From positions 1 through 49,791 of the forward strand of contig VGIO01000003.1 of NCBI GenBank assembly GCA_016867855.1: a DNA stretch of 49,791 nt. The letters are read 5' to 3'. Shown piece after piece: positions 39,558 to 49,662 of the stretch (positions within the stretch are counted from its first letter, which is position 1; every line of letters starts with the position of its first letter). Both the position numbers and the translations under genes were made by a program. The DNA comes from Calditrichota bacterium (GTDB lineage Bacteria > Electryoneota > AABM5-125-24 > Hatepunaeales > Hatepunaeaceae). The notes beneath the pieces were generated by a model. It ran no database searches and was not told the origin of the DNA. It worked only from the letters and a program-made list of their open reading frames with translations.

Positions 39558-42104
39558 ATGAAAATCAAACCGTTTCATGTCATCCCCAATCTGCCCGAGC
39601 CGCTGAAGGCGCTGCGGAGCATCGGGATGAACACTTGGTTCACTTGGAATTGGCCGGCTGTTCAACTATTTTTGCGACTCGATGCGCCAACTTGGGAGCA
39701 ATGCCGCCAAAACCTAATTATGATGTTAGGCCAACTGCCGCAGAAGTTGTATGACGAGACGGCGCTCGACGACAGTTTCATCGCCAATCTGCAGCGCGTC
39801 GAAAACCTGCTCAATGAATACTTGGCGGCGCGGACCTGGTTCGACGAATACCATCCTGCAGAGAGCGACCTGCGGGTGGCTTATTTTTCGATGGAGTTCG
39901 GTTTGGGCGTCAGCCTGCCGGTCTATTCCGGAGGATTAGGGCTGTTAGCCGGCGACCATCTGAAAGCCACCTCCGACCTCGGCACGCCGTTAGTCGGCGT
40001 CGGATTGCTCTATCAGCAGGGATATTTCGAACAGTATCTGAACATCGACGGCTGGCAAGGTGAGCGCTATCCCATCAATGACTGGTATAATATGCCGGTA
40101 TCCCGTGTGAAAGGCAGCGACGGCAAGCCGTTGACGGTTGCAGTTGATTTAGCCGGCGAGACCTTGACGGCGCATATCTGGAAAGTGCTGGTCGGGCGAA
40201 CTTGCCTGTATCTTTTAGACGCCAATATTTCGGAGAATCCGGCGCATCTGCGGCGCATCACCTCGCAACTCTACGGCGGCGACCGCGAGAACCGCTTGCG
40301 GCAGGAGATTCTGCTCGGCATCGGCGGTGTCCGGGCGCTCGAAAAACTCGGCATCCAGCCGACAGTCTATCATATGAACGAAGGGCATTCGGCTTTCCTG
40401 GCGCTCGAACGGCTGCGCAGGTTGATTAAGAATTATGGACTCACCTTTGCCGAAGCCCGCGAAGCAGTCTGGTCATCGACGGTCTTCACTACCCACACGC
40501 CGGTGCCGGCTGGCAACGAGGTCTTCGAATGGGGCTTGATACAAAAATACTTCAAATCCCTGACCGACGGATTAGGTTTGACTTGGGAGCAGTTCCAGCA
40601 ACTGGGGCAGGAGGAGCCGGGTCGGTCGCCTGAGTTCTCGATGACCGTGTTCGCCTTGAAATTAGCCGCGCACTGCAACGGTGTCTCCAAACTGCACGGC
40701 AAGGTGTCGCGGAATATGTGGCGAAAGATATGGCTCAATCTACCGGAAGATGAGATTCCCATCGGCAGTATTACCAACGGCATACACACTAAGTCGTGGA
40801 TATCGCACGATATGGAAGAACTGCTCGTTCGTTATATCGGGCCGAAGTTTATCGAAGAGTATTGGAATCCTAAATTATGGGAGCGGGTGGACGCCATACC
40901 GGACGGCGAATTATGGCGGATTCACCAGATTCGCAAAGAACGGCTCATTTTCTTCAGCCGCAAACGGGTCAAGAATCAATTGCGCCGCCGCGGGGCTGGC
41001 TCGTCGGAGATTCAAGCCGCTGAGGAAGTGTTGTCGTCGGACGCGTTGTTAATCGGCTTCGCGCGGCGGTTTGCGCCTTATAAACGCGCCGACCTTTTAT
41101 TACGCGATCCGGGGCGGTTGATCCGTTTGCTGACCAATAGCGCCCGTCCAGTCAATCTGATAATTGCCGGCAAGGCTCATCCGCAGGAAAATCCCGGCAA
41201 GGATTTAATTCGCAAAATCGTTCATTTCGCCAATCAACCTGAAGTCCGCAATCATATGATCTTCCTTGAAAATTACGACATCAATGTCGCGCAGTATATG
41301 GTGCAAGGGATGGATGTATGGCTTTCCAATCCGCGTCGCCCGCAGGAAGCCTCCGGCACGAGCGGTATGAAAGCCTGCTGCAACGGCGCGCTCAATGTCA
41401 GCACGCTCGACGGCTGGTGGGACGAGGCTTACACGACCGAAGTCGGCTGGGCGATTGGCTCGGGCGAGATGTATGACAACGATGAAGAGCAGGACCGCGT
41501 CGAATCGGAGGCGCTGTTCCATCTGCTCGAAAACGAGGTTATACCGCTGTTTTACGAGCGCGACCGCACCGAATTGCCGCGCAAGTGGATTGCGATGATG
41601 AAGCGCTCGATGAAAGTCCTCGGCGCTCAATTCAACACCGGTCGGATGGTGCAGGAATATATTGAAAAATACTATATTCCCGCTCATCGCGCCGGGCAGG
41701 CGTTAACCGGCGACAAGGCGCAAATTGCCCGGCAAATCGCCAAATGGCGCGAACGGGTTATGAAAGCCTGGCCTGGTGTGCAGGTGATTTCAGACGATAT
41801 CGGGCAGGACCTCGAATTAGTCGCCGGCGAGACGCTGCCGGTTAAAGTGCGCGTCAATTTAGGCGGGCTGTCACCGGACGATATTACAGTCGAAGTTATT
41901 CACGGCAATGTCAACGGCGACGGGCAATTCAGCAACTATGTCCTGACGCGTTTGACCTATATTGGCGAGTCTGATGGGTTGGCGCGCTATGAAGGCCGCA
42001 TCGTCTGCGCCGTGACCGGCATGCAAGGCTTTGCGGTGCGCGTAAGACCTTACAATCCGGAATTAGTGCATAGCCTTACGCCGTTGGTGATGACTTGGGA
42101 ATGA
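39558..42104 (+). CDS. glgP: Alpha-glucan (glycogen) phosphorylase
   Basis: YSGGLG.LAGD, NEGH, FTTHTP, ARRF..YKR and EASGTSGMK (PLP lysine). Confidence 0.97.
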   Translation: MKIKPFHVIPNLPEPLKALRSIGMNTWFTWNWPAVQLFLRLDAPTWEQCRQNLIMMLGQLPQKLYDETALDDSFIANLQRVENLLNEYLAARTWFDEYHPAESDLRVAYFSMEFGLGVSLPVYSGGLGLLAGDHLKATSDLGTPLVGVGLLYQQGYFEQYLNIDGWQGERYPINDWYNMPVSRVKGSDGKPLTVAVDLAGETLTAHIWKVLVGRTCLYLLDANISENPAHLRRITSQLYGGDRENRLRQEILLGIGGVRALEKLGIQPTVYHMNEGHSAFLALERLRRLIKNYGLTFAEAREAVWSSTVFTTHTPVPAGNEVFEWGLIQKYFKSLTDGLGLTWEQFQQLGQEEPGRSPEFSMTVFALKLAAHCNGVSKLHGKVSRNMWRKIWLNLPEDEIPIGSITNGIHTKSWISHDMEELLVRYIGPKFIEEYWNPKLWERVDAIPDGELWRIHQIRKERLIFFSRKRVKNQLRRRGAGSSEIQAAEEVLSSDALLIGFARRFAPYKRADLLLRDPGRLIRLLTNSARPVNLIIAGKAHPQENPGKDLIRKIVHFANQPEVRNHMIFLENYDINVAQYMVQGMDVWLSNPRRPQEASGTSGMKACCNGALNVSTLDGWWDEAYTTEVGWAIGSGEMYDNDEEQDRVESEALFHLLENEVIPLFYERDRTELPRKWIAMMKRSMKVLGAQFNTGRMVQEYIEKYYIPAHRAGQALTGDKAQIARQIAKWRERVMKAWPGVQVISDDIGQDLELVAGETLPVKVRVNLGGLSPDDITVEVIHGNVNGDGQFSNYVLTRLTYIGESDGLARYEGRIVCAVTGMQGFAVRVRPYNPELVHSLTPLVMTWE

Positions 42105-42147
42105 GTTATTATACATAGCGACATTATTCTTTGCGTTTCTTATATAT

Positions 42148-42226
42148 TTCATCCTGAACGAAGTGAAGGATCTCGTCCTAAAGATTTACTTATCCAGATG
42201 AGATCCTTCACTTCGTTCAGGATGAC
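42148..42226. repeat. Palindromic repeat family C (possible bidirectional terminator)
   Basis: TCATCCTGAACGAAGTGAAGGATCTC...GAGATCCTTCACTTCGTTCAGGATGA perfect long stem between convergent genes. Confidence 0.85.
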
Positions 42227-42249
42227 GACATCTTACGCTTGACATAGCG

Positions 42250-42447
42250 CTAGTGCCTCGTTGCAAAAGAAACTGGCATTATTGTATAGACAGGAGGACA
42301 GGCGTTCCTGCCTGTCCACTTTGCAGCCAGATCTCCCAGGACAGGCAGGGACGCCTGTCCACTTTGCAGCCAGATCTCCCAGGACAGGCAGGGACGCCTG
42401 TCCTCCTGTCCGACATACTGGAAGCCATTAATGTAAGTGAACATTAG
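42250..42447. mobile_element. MITE-like element F with REP-like cargo and a 43-bp tandem duplication
   Basis: Weak TIRs CTAGTG...CATTAG. GGACAGGCGTTCCTGCCTGTCC and its inverse. Exact 43-bp repeat at 42318-42360 and 42361-42403. Confidence 0.6.
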
Positions 42448-42586
42448 CGGCTTTTATTCGTTTTATCTGTTCGAGTTGTTAATCCAGAATATCATAATGA
42501 AAGTTATTTGTATAATAGACTGCGAATTGTCATTAAATGTGTCGCTCTGCGCGCGGTGAAATGCTTCTCTCGTCGCCGCATTAGTT

Positions 42587-43216
42587 TTATTTCAAGACCA
42601 GCGCTGCGCATTCTTTAGGCGTTGGTGCAAATAACACCGTGTTGTGATTAGGGACGACCCTATGCACGACCGGCTGCCAGAAGCGTGTCAGGCATACAAT
42701 CGGGTGTTTGGGGACGAAGCCTTTAAGTTGCGTTTCGATCGCCATCGAGAGTTCGACTAATGTGCCGCTCGAACCGGGCAGGACGATATAGCCTTCCGCC
42801 AGCCAGATGAGCGCCAGCAGCCGCTGGTCCCAGCGCGTGACCTGCCACTCGTGGTCGATATATAGATTTGCCGATTTTTCAGGTAGGTTTTCGCAGGTTA
42901 CGCCGACGGTTGTCCCGCCGGCCGCCCGCGCGCCGGCTGATGCGGCTTCCATCAACCCGCCATAACCCCCATTCATCACCACCGCGCCCCTGCGGGCTAA
43001 CTCCGCGCCCAATTTAAAAGCATTCTGCCAGATGGCGCTGCCGGCATCGACTTGCGCGCTGCCAAACACTGATATGAAAGGCAGATTAACCCTTCCGCTC
43101 GAATCCCAGATCTGTCTTTTACGTTGCAACAAGACTTTGAACCAAGGGTCGTCGATAAGTGTAATCTCACCAGCCGACAAAACCGGATAAAAGGCTTCAT
43201 CAGATTGATATTGCAT
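42587..43216 (-). CDS. LOG family nucleotide phosphoribohydrolase-like protein
   Basis: SVFGSA, GGYGGLMEA and LPGSSGTLVEL. Confidence 0.88.
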   Translation of the reverse strand: MQYQSDEAFYPVLSAGEITLIDDPWFKVLLQRKRQIWDSSGRVNLPFISVFGSAQVDAGSAIWQNAFKLGAELARRGAVVMNGGYGGLMEAASAGARAAGGTTVGVTCENLPEKSANLYIDHEWQVTRWDQRLLALIWLAEGYIVLPGSSGTLVELSMAIETQLKGFVPKHPIVCLTRFWQPVVHRVVPNHNTVLFAPTPKECAALVLK

Positions 43217-43223
43217 CTATAGC

Positions 43224-43357
43224 ATTTCTTAGAAAATGACGGTTTTAGATCAAGAAAAGGACTATATAGACATTATGGACTATATGGATAACATTAAGGC
43301 TGTTAGCGCTCAAGACTATTTTCATCTTTGGTTGCACCGCGCCGCGAGATGATGTTT
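43224..43357 (-). mobile_element. Family B frame with a different cargo
   Basis: Minus strand AAA-CATCATCTCGCGGCGCGGTGCAACCAAAGATGAAA...ATTTTCTAAGAAAT. The interior is a 9-bp TAGTCC repeat rather than the G-rich palindrome. Confidence 0.65.
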
Positions 43358-44048
43358 ATTCTTGATTAGATTGCAAATTATTATAATCCTGGATATACTC
43401 ATTCCTCCGATACTTCTTGCATAAATAAACACCAAGATATACTACCGGCGTGTCCAGCAGGGCAATTGTCCATTTGATGATCAGCATCCCGATTATCATA
43501 TTAATGATGGGCATTGTTCCGTAGAATGCCAGGGTGATGAAAATGGCGGTGTCAAGAAGTTGCGATATTATGGTGGCGATGTTATTGCGCAGCCAGAGAA
43601 AACGGCCGCCGGTGCGGCGGCGGATGAGATGAAAAAGCCAGATATCGTTGGTCTGACTTATTAGGTATGCGATTAGGCTGGCGATAGTTATACGGGCGGT
43701 GGAGCCGACGACTTTAGTCCAGCCAGCCTCGCCGTCCCAGAATGGCGCGGCCGGCAACAGCCGTGCGATGAGTATTAAGAGCAGCACAAGGATATTTACA
43801 AAGAAGCCAGCCCAGACGGCGCGCTGTGCGGCGGCTTTGCCCCAGGTCTCGGATATAATATCGGTAATGACGAATGTCGCGGCGTAAGCCACCGCGCCAG
43901 CCGGGAAGATGAGTAATCCGAATACCGGCAGGGGGATTGCGGCGATTTTCGCAGCCAGAACCTGCGATATAACTAAACTCCCCACAAAAGCGGCTAAAAA
44001 ATAATCGTAAATCTTATGCGAGGATGAGATGTAGTTTTGATTATTCAA
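43356..44048 (-). CDS. Queuosine precursor (preQ0/preQ1) transporter, Vut_1/YhhQ family
   Basis: TDIISE.WGK, RITIASLIAYL.SQ..D, LWLRNN..T..SQLLDT and DTP motifs. TTG start. Confidence 0.92.
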   Translation of the reverse strand: MNNQNYISSSHKIYDYFLAAFVGSLVISQVLAAKIAAIPLPVFGLLIFPAGAVAYAATFVITDIISETWGKAAAQRAVWAGFFVNILVLLLILIARLLPAAPFWDGEAGWTKVVGSTARITIASLIAYLISQTNDIWLFHLIRRRTGGRFLWLRNNIATIISQLLDTAIFITLAFYGTMPIINMIIGMLIIKWTIALLDTPVVYLGVYLCKKYRRNEYIQDYNNLQSNQE

Positions 44049-44060
44049 ATGTTGATGGTT

Positions 44061-44211
44061 GAGGTAATTGCAAAAGTGTTGGATTTATTAACTGATGGCA
44101 AGGCGGACGTCCTCGTCCGCCGCATTCTAGGCTTGGTTTTCGGCGGACGAGGGCGTCCGCCTCGCCATGGTTTGAGTCTTCTGGATTAATCATCACTTTT
44201 GCAATTAGCTA
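44061..44211. mobile_element. MITE family A (151 bp), TSD GGTT
   Basis: GGTT at 44057-60 and 44212-15. Lies 12 bp upstream of the transporter start. Confidence 0.92.
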
Positions 44212-44244
44212 GGTTGTTTGAAATTAATTCTCATAAAACATTCA

Positions 44245-45099
44245 TTACACTTCTTTAATCCATCTCCCGGCTGCGAAACTCGCTGACAATGCGCCGATTA
44301 ATATACCGGCGGCGATTAAACCGCCTAAAATCAACAATCCGGGTTTGGCTTGGATTCCCCAGCCGTAGATGAGAAACTTAAACACGGCATAGGTTATCGC
44401 GCCGGCCACCAGCCCGCTGAACAGCCCGTAATAAAATCCCAGCGCGGTGAAAGGACCACGCGCCATCCAACGCGTTCCCCCCGACAGCAAAATCACCCGA
44501 ATAAACTCCATCCGCGACTTTATCGCGCCCATCACTGTCAAAACCGACAATACGATGGATATCAAAAGCGTCGTTCCAACGGCGAGCGCCGATTTTTGTC
44601 CGATGTCCTGATAGAGGTTTTGCAATTGGGATAATAACTCGCCTTCGTAGATGACTTCGTCGATGCCGGGGCAGTCTTTGAGTGCGTTGGCGACCGACTG
44701 CCAGGCGATTTGTGGGTAAGTGTCCGTCGCCAGAGTCACCACTATCGACGCCGGCAGGGGATTATATTGCAGGACATCCAGGATATCCATTCCGAATTCA
44801 GCGTTGAATCGCTTGGCGGCTTCGTTGCGCGAGATAAACCGGGCGGTTTTCACATACGGATGGCGGCGTATAGTAGTCAGCGCCGTCTCAATTTGGGTCG
44901 TATCGGCGGCGTCTTTGAAGAAGGCTTCGATTTCGAAGCGTCCGAGCAGCCCGCGATTCCATTCCTGTAAGATTGCATAACCTGTAATCGTCAGTCCAAA
45001 GAGTGTCAGCGTAATTATGAGCGTCAGCAGCGTCAGCAAGCCGAGCAGCCCCAGGTTGCGAAACGACAGCCAGCCCTCTTTGAGCGCGAAGCCGATCAT
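44245..45099 (-). CDS. ftsX: Cell division permease FtsX
   Basis: TM, periplasmic domain (FISRNEA, NPLPAS), three TMs. Coupled to ftsE. Confidence 0.88.
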   Translation of the reverse strand: MIGFALKEGWLSFRNLGLLGLLTLLTLIITLTLFGLTITGYAILQEWNRGLLGRFEIEAFFKDAADTTQIETALTTIRRHPYVKTARFISRNEAAKRFNAEFGMDILDVLQYNPLPASIVVTLATDTYPQIAWQSVANALKDCPGIDEVIYEGELLSQLQNLYQDIGQKSALAVGTTLLISIVLSVLTVMGAIKSRMEFIRVILLSGGTRWMARGPFTALGFYYGLFSGLVAGAITYAVFKFLIYGWGIQAKPGLLILGGLIAAGILIGALSASFAAGRWIKEV

Positions 45100-45746
45100 T
45101 GCCGGAAGACCCGTCCGTCGTCCATTTTATAGACGATGGGTTTGACAGATTCGAAACGTTCCGGCTGGTGGGTGGCGACCAATACCGCCATACCGGACTG
45201 GCTGCAATGGTGGAGGAGGTCGATAATGCCTGCGGAGGTCAGGGCATCGAGGTTGCTGACGGGTTCGTCGGCTAACAATAAAAAGGGTTCGTTGACTAAG
45301 GCGCGGGCGATGGCGGCGCGTTGCTGCTCACCAGTGGACAATTGTGGCGGATAGCTGTGGATTTTATGCGATAGATGAACGCGGGAGAGGACTTTCAAAG
45401 CGCGCGCCTTAGCATGGTTAAGGTTCGGTTCGCAGATGGCCGCCAGACGGACATTTTCCAGCACACTGCGGTCTTCGAGTAATTGTAAATTCTGATGCAC
45501 AATGCCGAGCCGTCGGCGCCACAGCGGTTTATGAGCATCCTTCATCGAACTCGTGCGGAACTTTTCCAGCGTCAGGTCGCCGGCGTCCGGCGTCAACTCT
45601 AACGAAATTAGTTTTAGCAGCGTCGTCTTGCCGGCGCCGGTGCGTCCGACGAGCAGCGCGAAATCGCTGGGACGCAATTCCAGCGAAATGCCGTTAACAC
45701 CGGCGCCGCCAGGGTAGTGAAAGGAAACATTCAGAAGTTTCAGCAT
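45096..45746 (-). CDS. ftsE: Cell division ATP-binding protein FtsE
   Basis: GRTGAGKTT, RRRLGIV.Q, LSTGEQQR, LLADEP and ATH. Confidence 0.9.
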   Translation of the reverse strand: MLKLLNVSFHYPGGAGVNGISLELRPSDFALLVGRTGAGKTTLLKLISLELTPDAGDLTLEKFRTSSMKDAHKPLWRRRLGIVHQNLQLLEDRSVLENVRLAAICEPNLNHAKARALKVLSRVHLSHKIHSYPPQLSTGEQQRAAIARALVNEPFLLLADEPVSNLDALTSAGIIDLLHHCSQSGMAVLVATHQPERFESVKPIVYKMDDGRVFRQ

Positions 45747-45852
45747 TGTGAAAGTAGATAATATTCGATAAGAGTCTGATGAACAAAGTTAACGGCGCTA
45801 AGAGGACAGATGATTTTTATGACTCTGAAAATCGCATTATGTGCATTGGCGT

Positions 45853-46641
45853 TCAGATGGCTTTTGGACGACATAAAAAATGCACGCGCATCGAATTTTT
45901 ATGCGCCGGCTGGCGCCGATATTCATCAGTTTTTTCTAATATCGACCAGCCCGCCCGGATTAATTGTTTTTCGATCTCGCTAAGTCTATAGATTCGCTGC
46001 CTGTGAATCTCAATTAAAGGTTCAGGCTGCCCGGCGAGCGTAATTTCAAAGCGATTCTCCTGCATCATCGAAACAGAGTCGTATTGCATTTTACGAACAT
46101 AGTGGTAGTCTTTGCCTTGGCCGGTTTCGCAGCGGTCCGTAAAATGTAGGCGCGAATTGATGTCTGTGCAGACATCAAATAAGAACAGGCATTTGACTTT
46201 AACAACCTTCCGCACGCGTTCGAAGTAGGCGCAAAGGGCATCCTCTGTGAGCATATAGTTGACAGAATCGTAAAGACACAACACTGCGTCGAAAGCGCTC
46301 GCGGTCTCAAAATTGTTGAAATCCGCGGTGAAAAAGCGCGGCGTATGGCGCAAACCGGCGGCTTTGCGCCGGGCGATTTCGACCATTTCAGCTGAGCGGT
46401 CGAATGCCTCGAGTTGGTAGCCGTAGAGCGTTAAAAGAACTGTTATGCTGCCTGTGCCGCAAGCGCATTCCAGAATGTTCGGCGGCGATTTAGTATTTGG
46501 CGATGGCAGTCCGTGCGAATTCAACACATCGAGGACGAAGCGCGCCCAGCGCGGATAATCCACATGCGCCATAACATCGTCGTATATTCGCGCTAAAGCC
46601 GAATAAGGTTGAACTGATGATGACAATGATGATGACGACAT
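45853..46641 (-). CDS. Class I SAM-dependent methyltransferase
   Basis: YD.VM..VDY..W, ECACGTG and DSVNY. Confidence 0.9.
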   Translation of the reverse strand: MSSSSLSSSVQPYSALARIYDDVMAHVDYPRWARFVLDVLNSHGLPSPNTKSPPNILECACGTGSITVLLTLYGYQLEAFDRSAEMVEIARRKAAGLRHTPRFFTADFNNFETASAFDAVLCLYDSVNYMLTEDALCAYFERVRKVVKVKCLFLFDVCTDINSRLHFTDRCETGQGKDYHYVRKMQYDSVSMMQENRFEITLAGQPEPLIEIHRQRIYRLSEIEKQLIRAGWSILEKTDEYRRQPAHKNSMRVHFLCRPKAI

Positions 46642-46672
46642 CAGGTCGCGTCAGGCATCGATTACCTACAGG

Positions 46673-46800
46673 CGAGGTGTAAGGAGAAAGGTGTAAGGTG
46701 TAAGTGAGTAAGCAAGGATTTAATAGGCTCGCAAGTTGAAGAATATCTATAATTGAATTTATCTTTACTTACACCTTACACCTTATAACTTTCCAACTTC
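46673..46800. repeat. Inverted arrays of the 7-bp TTACACC repeat
   Basis: An AGGTGTA array faces a TTACACC array. The same motif and a TAACTTTC(T/C)AACTTC tail occur at 39508-39556. Confidence 0.7.
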
Positions 46801-46806
46801 AAAGGT

Positions 46807-48003
46807 TTAGTGGTGTCCGTTCTTCCTCAGGAAGGCCGGCACATTCAGGTCTGTGGGCGGCTCGCCTTCCAGGTCCACTTCAAGCAACCGGCGCGGCGCT
46901 TCGCGCTGGGGTAGAGCCGACTCCAAATCGAGTCCGGTGCGGAACTTCGGCGGCAATTCCATATCCGGCCGAATGCTCAAAGGCCGTGCATCGGCGCTCT
47001 TTTCCTTAAGCGGTGGCGGCGCGGCGGTCTTGGCTTTGTTAAAGCCGGTTGCAATTAATGTAACCCGGATGCTGTCGCCCAATTCTTCATCGATCCCGGT
47101 GCCGAATAGGATATTGGCGTCTTCGCCGACGGCTTCACGTACAGTCATACCGGCGTCGTTGACTTCCAACAGCGTCATATTGGACGAGCCGGTAATTTGC
47201 AGCAGGACGCCGGCTGCGCCGGCTATCGACAAATCTTCCAGCAGGGGCGAGGAAATGGCGTATTGCGCTGCCCGTTTGCCGCGCTCTTCGCCACTGGCGA
47301 CACCGATGCCGATCATTGCATCGCCGCCATACTGGATGATGGTCTGAACATCGCGGAAATCGAGATTCCAATCGCCGTATTTCTGGACGATGTTGGTGAT
47401 GCCGGTGGTGGCGTTCATCAGCACGCTGTCGGCTTTCTCAAAGGCTTCCTTGAGCGTGGTGTTGATTTCGACGATGCCGAGCAAACGCTGGTTGGGAATT
47501 GCAATCAATGTATTGACCTGCGCGCGCAGGGCTTTGATGCCGCTTTCAGCCACTATCATCCGCTGCCGGCCTTCGAATACAAAGGGCAGTGTAACGATGG
47601 CGACGGTCAGGGCATTGAGGCTGTGGGCGATTTCAGCCACGATGGGCGAAGCCCCAGTGCCGGTGCCTTTGCCCATCCCGGCCGTTAAAAATATGAGTTC
47701 GCTGCCGAGAAGCGCTTCCTTGATAAGTTCCCGGTCCTCTTCGGCGGCTTGGCGTCCGATGTCTGGATTGGCGCCGGAGCCTTGCCCTTTAGTAAGTTGA
47801 TGACCGATTTGAACCTTGTGCGTAGCCAGGCTTTGCGCTAGCGATTGAGTGTCGGTATTAACAGCGACGAATTTTATGCCTTTGACGCCGGATTGAATCA
47901 TCCGGTTAACGGCATTGCAGCCGGCGCCTCCGATGCCGACGACCGTCATTAATTCGTTCATTATCGGTTCGTCAGCTAATTCGATGCGCATTGTCTCGAA
48001 CAT
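46807..48003 (-). CDS. ftsZ: Cell division protein FtsZ
   Basis: GIGGAGCNAV, NTD, PFVFEG..R, NLDF.D, IATGF and C-terminal VPAFLRK. Confidence 0.97.
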   Translation of the reverse strand: MFETMRIELADEPIMNELMTVVGIGGAGCNAVNRMIQSGVKGIKFVAVNTDTQSLAQSLATHKVQIGHQLTKGQGSGANPDIGRQAAEEDRELIKEALLGSELIFLTAGMGKGTGTGASPIVAEIAHSLNALTVAIVTLPFVFEGRQRMIVAESGIKALRAQVNTLIAIPNQRLLGIVEINTTLKEAFEKADSVLMNATTGITNIVQKYGDWNLDFRDVQTIIQYGGDAMIGIGVASGEERGKRAAQYAISSPLLEDLSIAGAAGVLLQITGSSNMTLLEVNDAGMTVREAVGEDANILFGTGIDEELGDSIRVTLIATGFNKAKTAAPPPLKEKSADARPLSIRPDMELPPKFRTGLDLESALPQREAPRRLLEVDLEGEPPTDLNVPAFLRKNGHH

Positions 48004-48193
48004 TGGATGACTCCTTGGATATTTAATTTAATAAAAGACTTAGTTTGAGGCTTTTTATATGCTGTTTTCTAAGAAAAACTTGCCGATGTTCCGGTGGAAA
48101 TCGCAAGTAGGGCATTCCCGGACAACCTATTTAGGTTTTTATTTTACAGCGCGCATTTTAGTTTTATTTTCATCATCATCATCACATTGATAT

Positions 48194-48283
48194 TCGTCTG
48201 CCGAAAACCAAGCATAGAATGCGGCGGACGAGGGCGTCCGCCTTGCTATCAGTTAATAAATCCAACACTTTTGCTATTACCTC
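48194..48283. mobile_element. MITE family A, half copy
   Basis: One TIR plus the central region only. Confidence 0.85.
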
Positions 48284-48299
48284 ATTAGTCATTCAATTA

Positions 48300-49559
48300 T
48301 CAAACCTTAAGCAAAACCGTTTCGACTGCTGCCCGCACCGATGCCCAGAGGCCGGTCGCAGCGCGTGGATGCTGGCGTGTGGAAGCGGATTCGACTGCTT
48401 CAGGATTTTTAAGAGCGAACAAAATTAATCCTACGGCGGCTGAGAAAGCGGGATTATGCACTGTATCCGCCAGTCCGTAGATGCCGCGCGGGCAGCCGAC
48501 GCGCGCCGGACGCTTAAAGACTTCCTCGGCTAACCTTGCCGCGCCTTTCAGCAGCGCGCCGCCGCCGGTTAGCACGATGCCGGCAGCGATGAGTTCGTTG
48601 TAGTCGACGCGTTTGATTTCGCGTCGCGCCAGCCGGAATATTTCGTCCATTCGATCGCGGATAACGGAATTCAATTCGATAGGGTCAACGATGCGGCCGG
48701 TGAAATCACCGCTGGGTTCAAGATTGATAGACTGGCTGTCGTTGGCAGGCGGCAGCGCGCCGCCCTTTTCGATTTTCAGTTTTTCAGCCGCATCCGGCGG
48801 AACGCCGATGACATGGGCGATGTCACGCGTGATATTCCCGCCGCCGTAAGGTATGACGGCCGTATGCCGAATAGCCTTCTCGTGCCAGATTGCCAGGTCG
48901 GTTGTGCCGCTGCCGATGTCCAACAACGCTACGCCGAGATCCTTCTCATCTTCGCTTAGGACAGCGTAACTAGCGGCTAACGGCGCGAGGACAGTTTGAT
49001 GTAGATTGATGCCGGCGCTTTTCACGCAGCGATTGATGGTCTGCGCCATCGAAGTTTGTCCGGTTACGATATGCACATCGGCAGCCAGCCGCATTCCGCT
49101 GATACCGATGGGGTCGCAAATTCCCGGCTGGGTATCGACGGTATAACTTTGAGGCAGGACATGGATGATTTCACGGTCGGTCGGCAGAGAAATTTCGCGC
49201 GAACGTTCGAGAACGCGGTTCACATCGATGGGATTAATAATTCGTTCGCGATCGGTGGACTTAGTTTGACTCACGGTGACTACGCCGCGGCTGTTGAGCG
49301 AGCGGATATGCTCGCCGGATATGCCGACATAAGTGTCGCGCACTTTGACGCCAGCCATCTGTTCCGCTTCGTCCAGTGCATCCCGTATCGAATCGATGGC
49401 TTTCTCCATCTCGACCACCACACCTTTACGAATTCCGTGCGAAGCCACTGTTCCTACACCGACGACCTGAACCTCGCCATCATCCACAATTTCGGCTATG
49501 ACCGCGCCGATTTTCGATGTTCCGAGGTCTATTCCAACCACTGTTTCTATTACTGGCAT
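48300..49559 (-). CDS. ftsA: Cell division protein FtsA
   Basis: GIDLGTSKI, DIGSGTT, AEKLK, VLTGGGA and a C-terminal amphipathic helix. Upstream of ftsZ. Confidence 0.97.
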   Translation of the reverse strand: MPVIETVVGIDLGTSKIGAVIAEIVDDGEVQVVGVGTVASHGIRKGVVVEMEKAIDSIRDALDEAEQMAGVKVRDTYVGISGEHIRSLNSRGVVTVSQTKSTDRERIINPIDVNRVLERSREISLPTDREIIHVLPQSYTVDTQPGICDPIGISGMRLAADVHIVTGQTSMAQTINRCVKSAGINLHQTVLAPLAASYAVLSEDEKDLGVALLDIGSGTTDLAIWHEKAIRHTAVIPYGGGNITRDIAHVIGVPPDAAEKLKIEKGGALPPANDSQSINLEPSGDFTGRIVDPIELNSVIRDRMDEIFRLARREIKRVDYNELIAAGIVLTGGGALLKGAARLAEEVFKRPARVGCPRGIYGLADTVHNPAFSAAVGLILFALKNPEAVESASTRQHPRAATGLWASVRAAVETVLLKV

Positions 49560-49662
49560 CTTTACTCTCGCTTTTTATCAAGTTGAAAGTTAAAAAGTTT
49601 GAAAGTTGGAAAGTTTGAAAGACAATTGGTTCAAAATGGATTCAATGATGACAGGTATTATT

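Noticed and set aside
42318-42403. 43-bp repeats as CRISPR
   Set aside because: Exact tandem duplication with identical intervening sequence.
44049-44244. preQ1 riboswitch upstream of the transporter
   Set aside because: The region is almost all MITE and no aptamer motif is recognisable.
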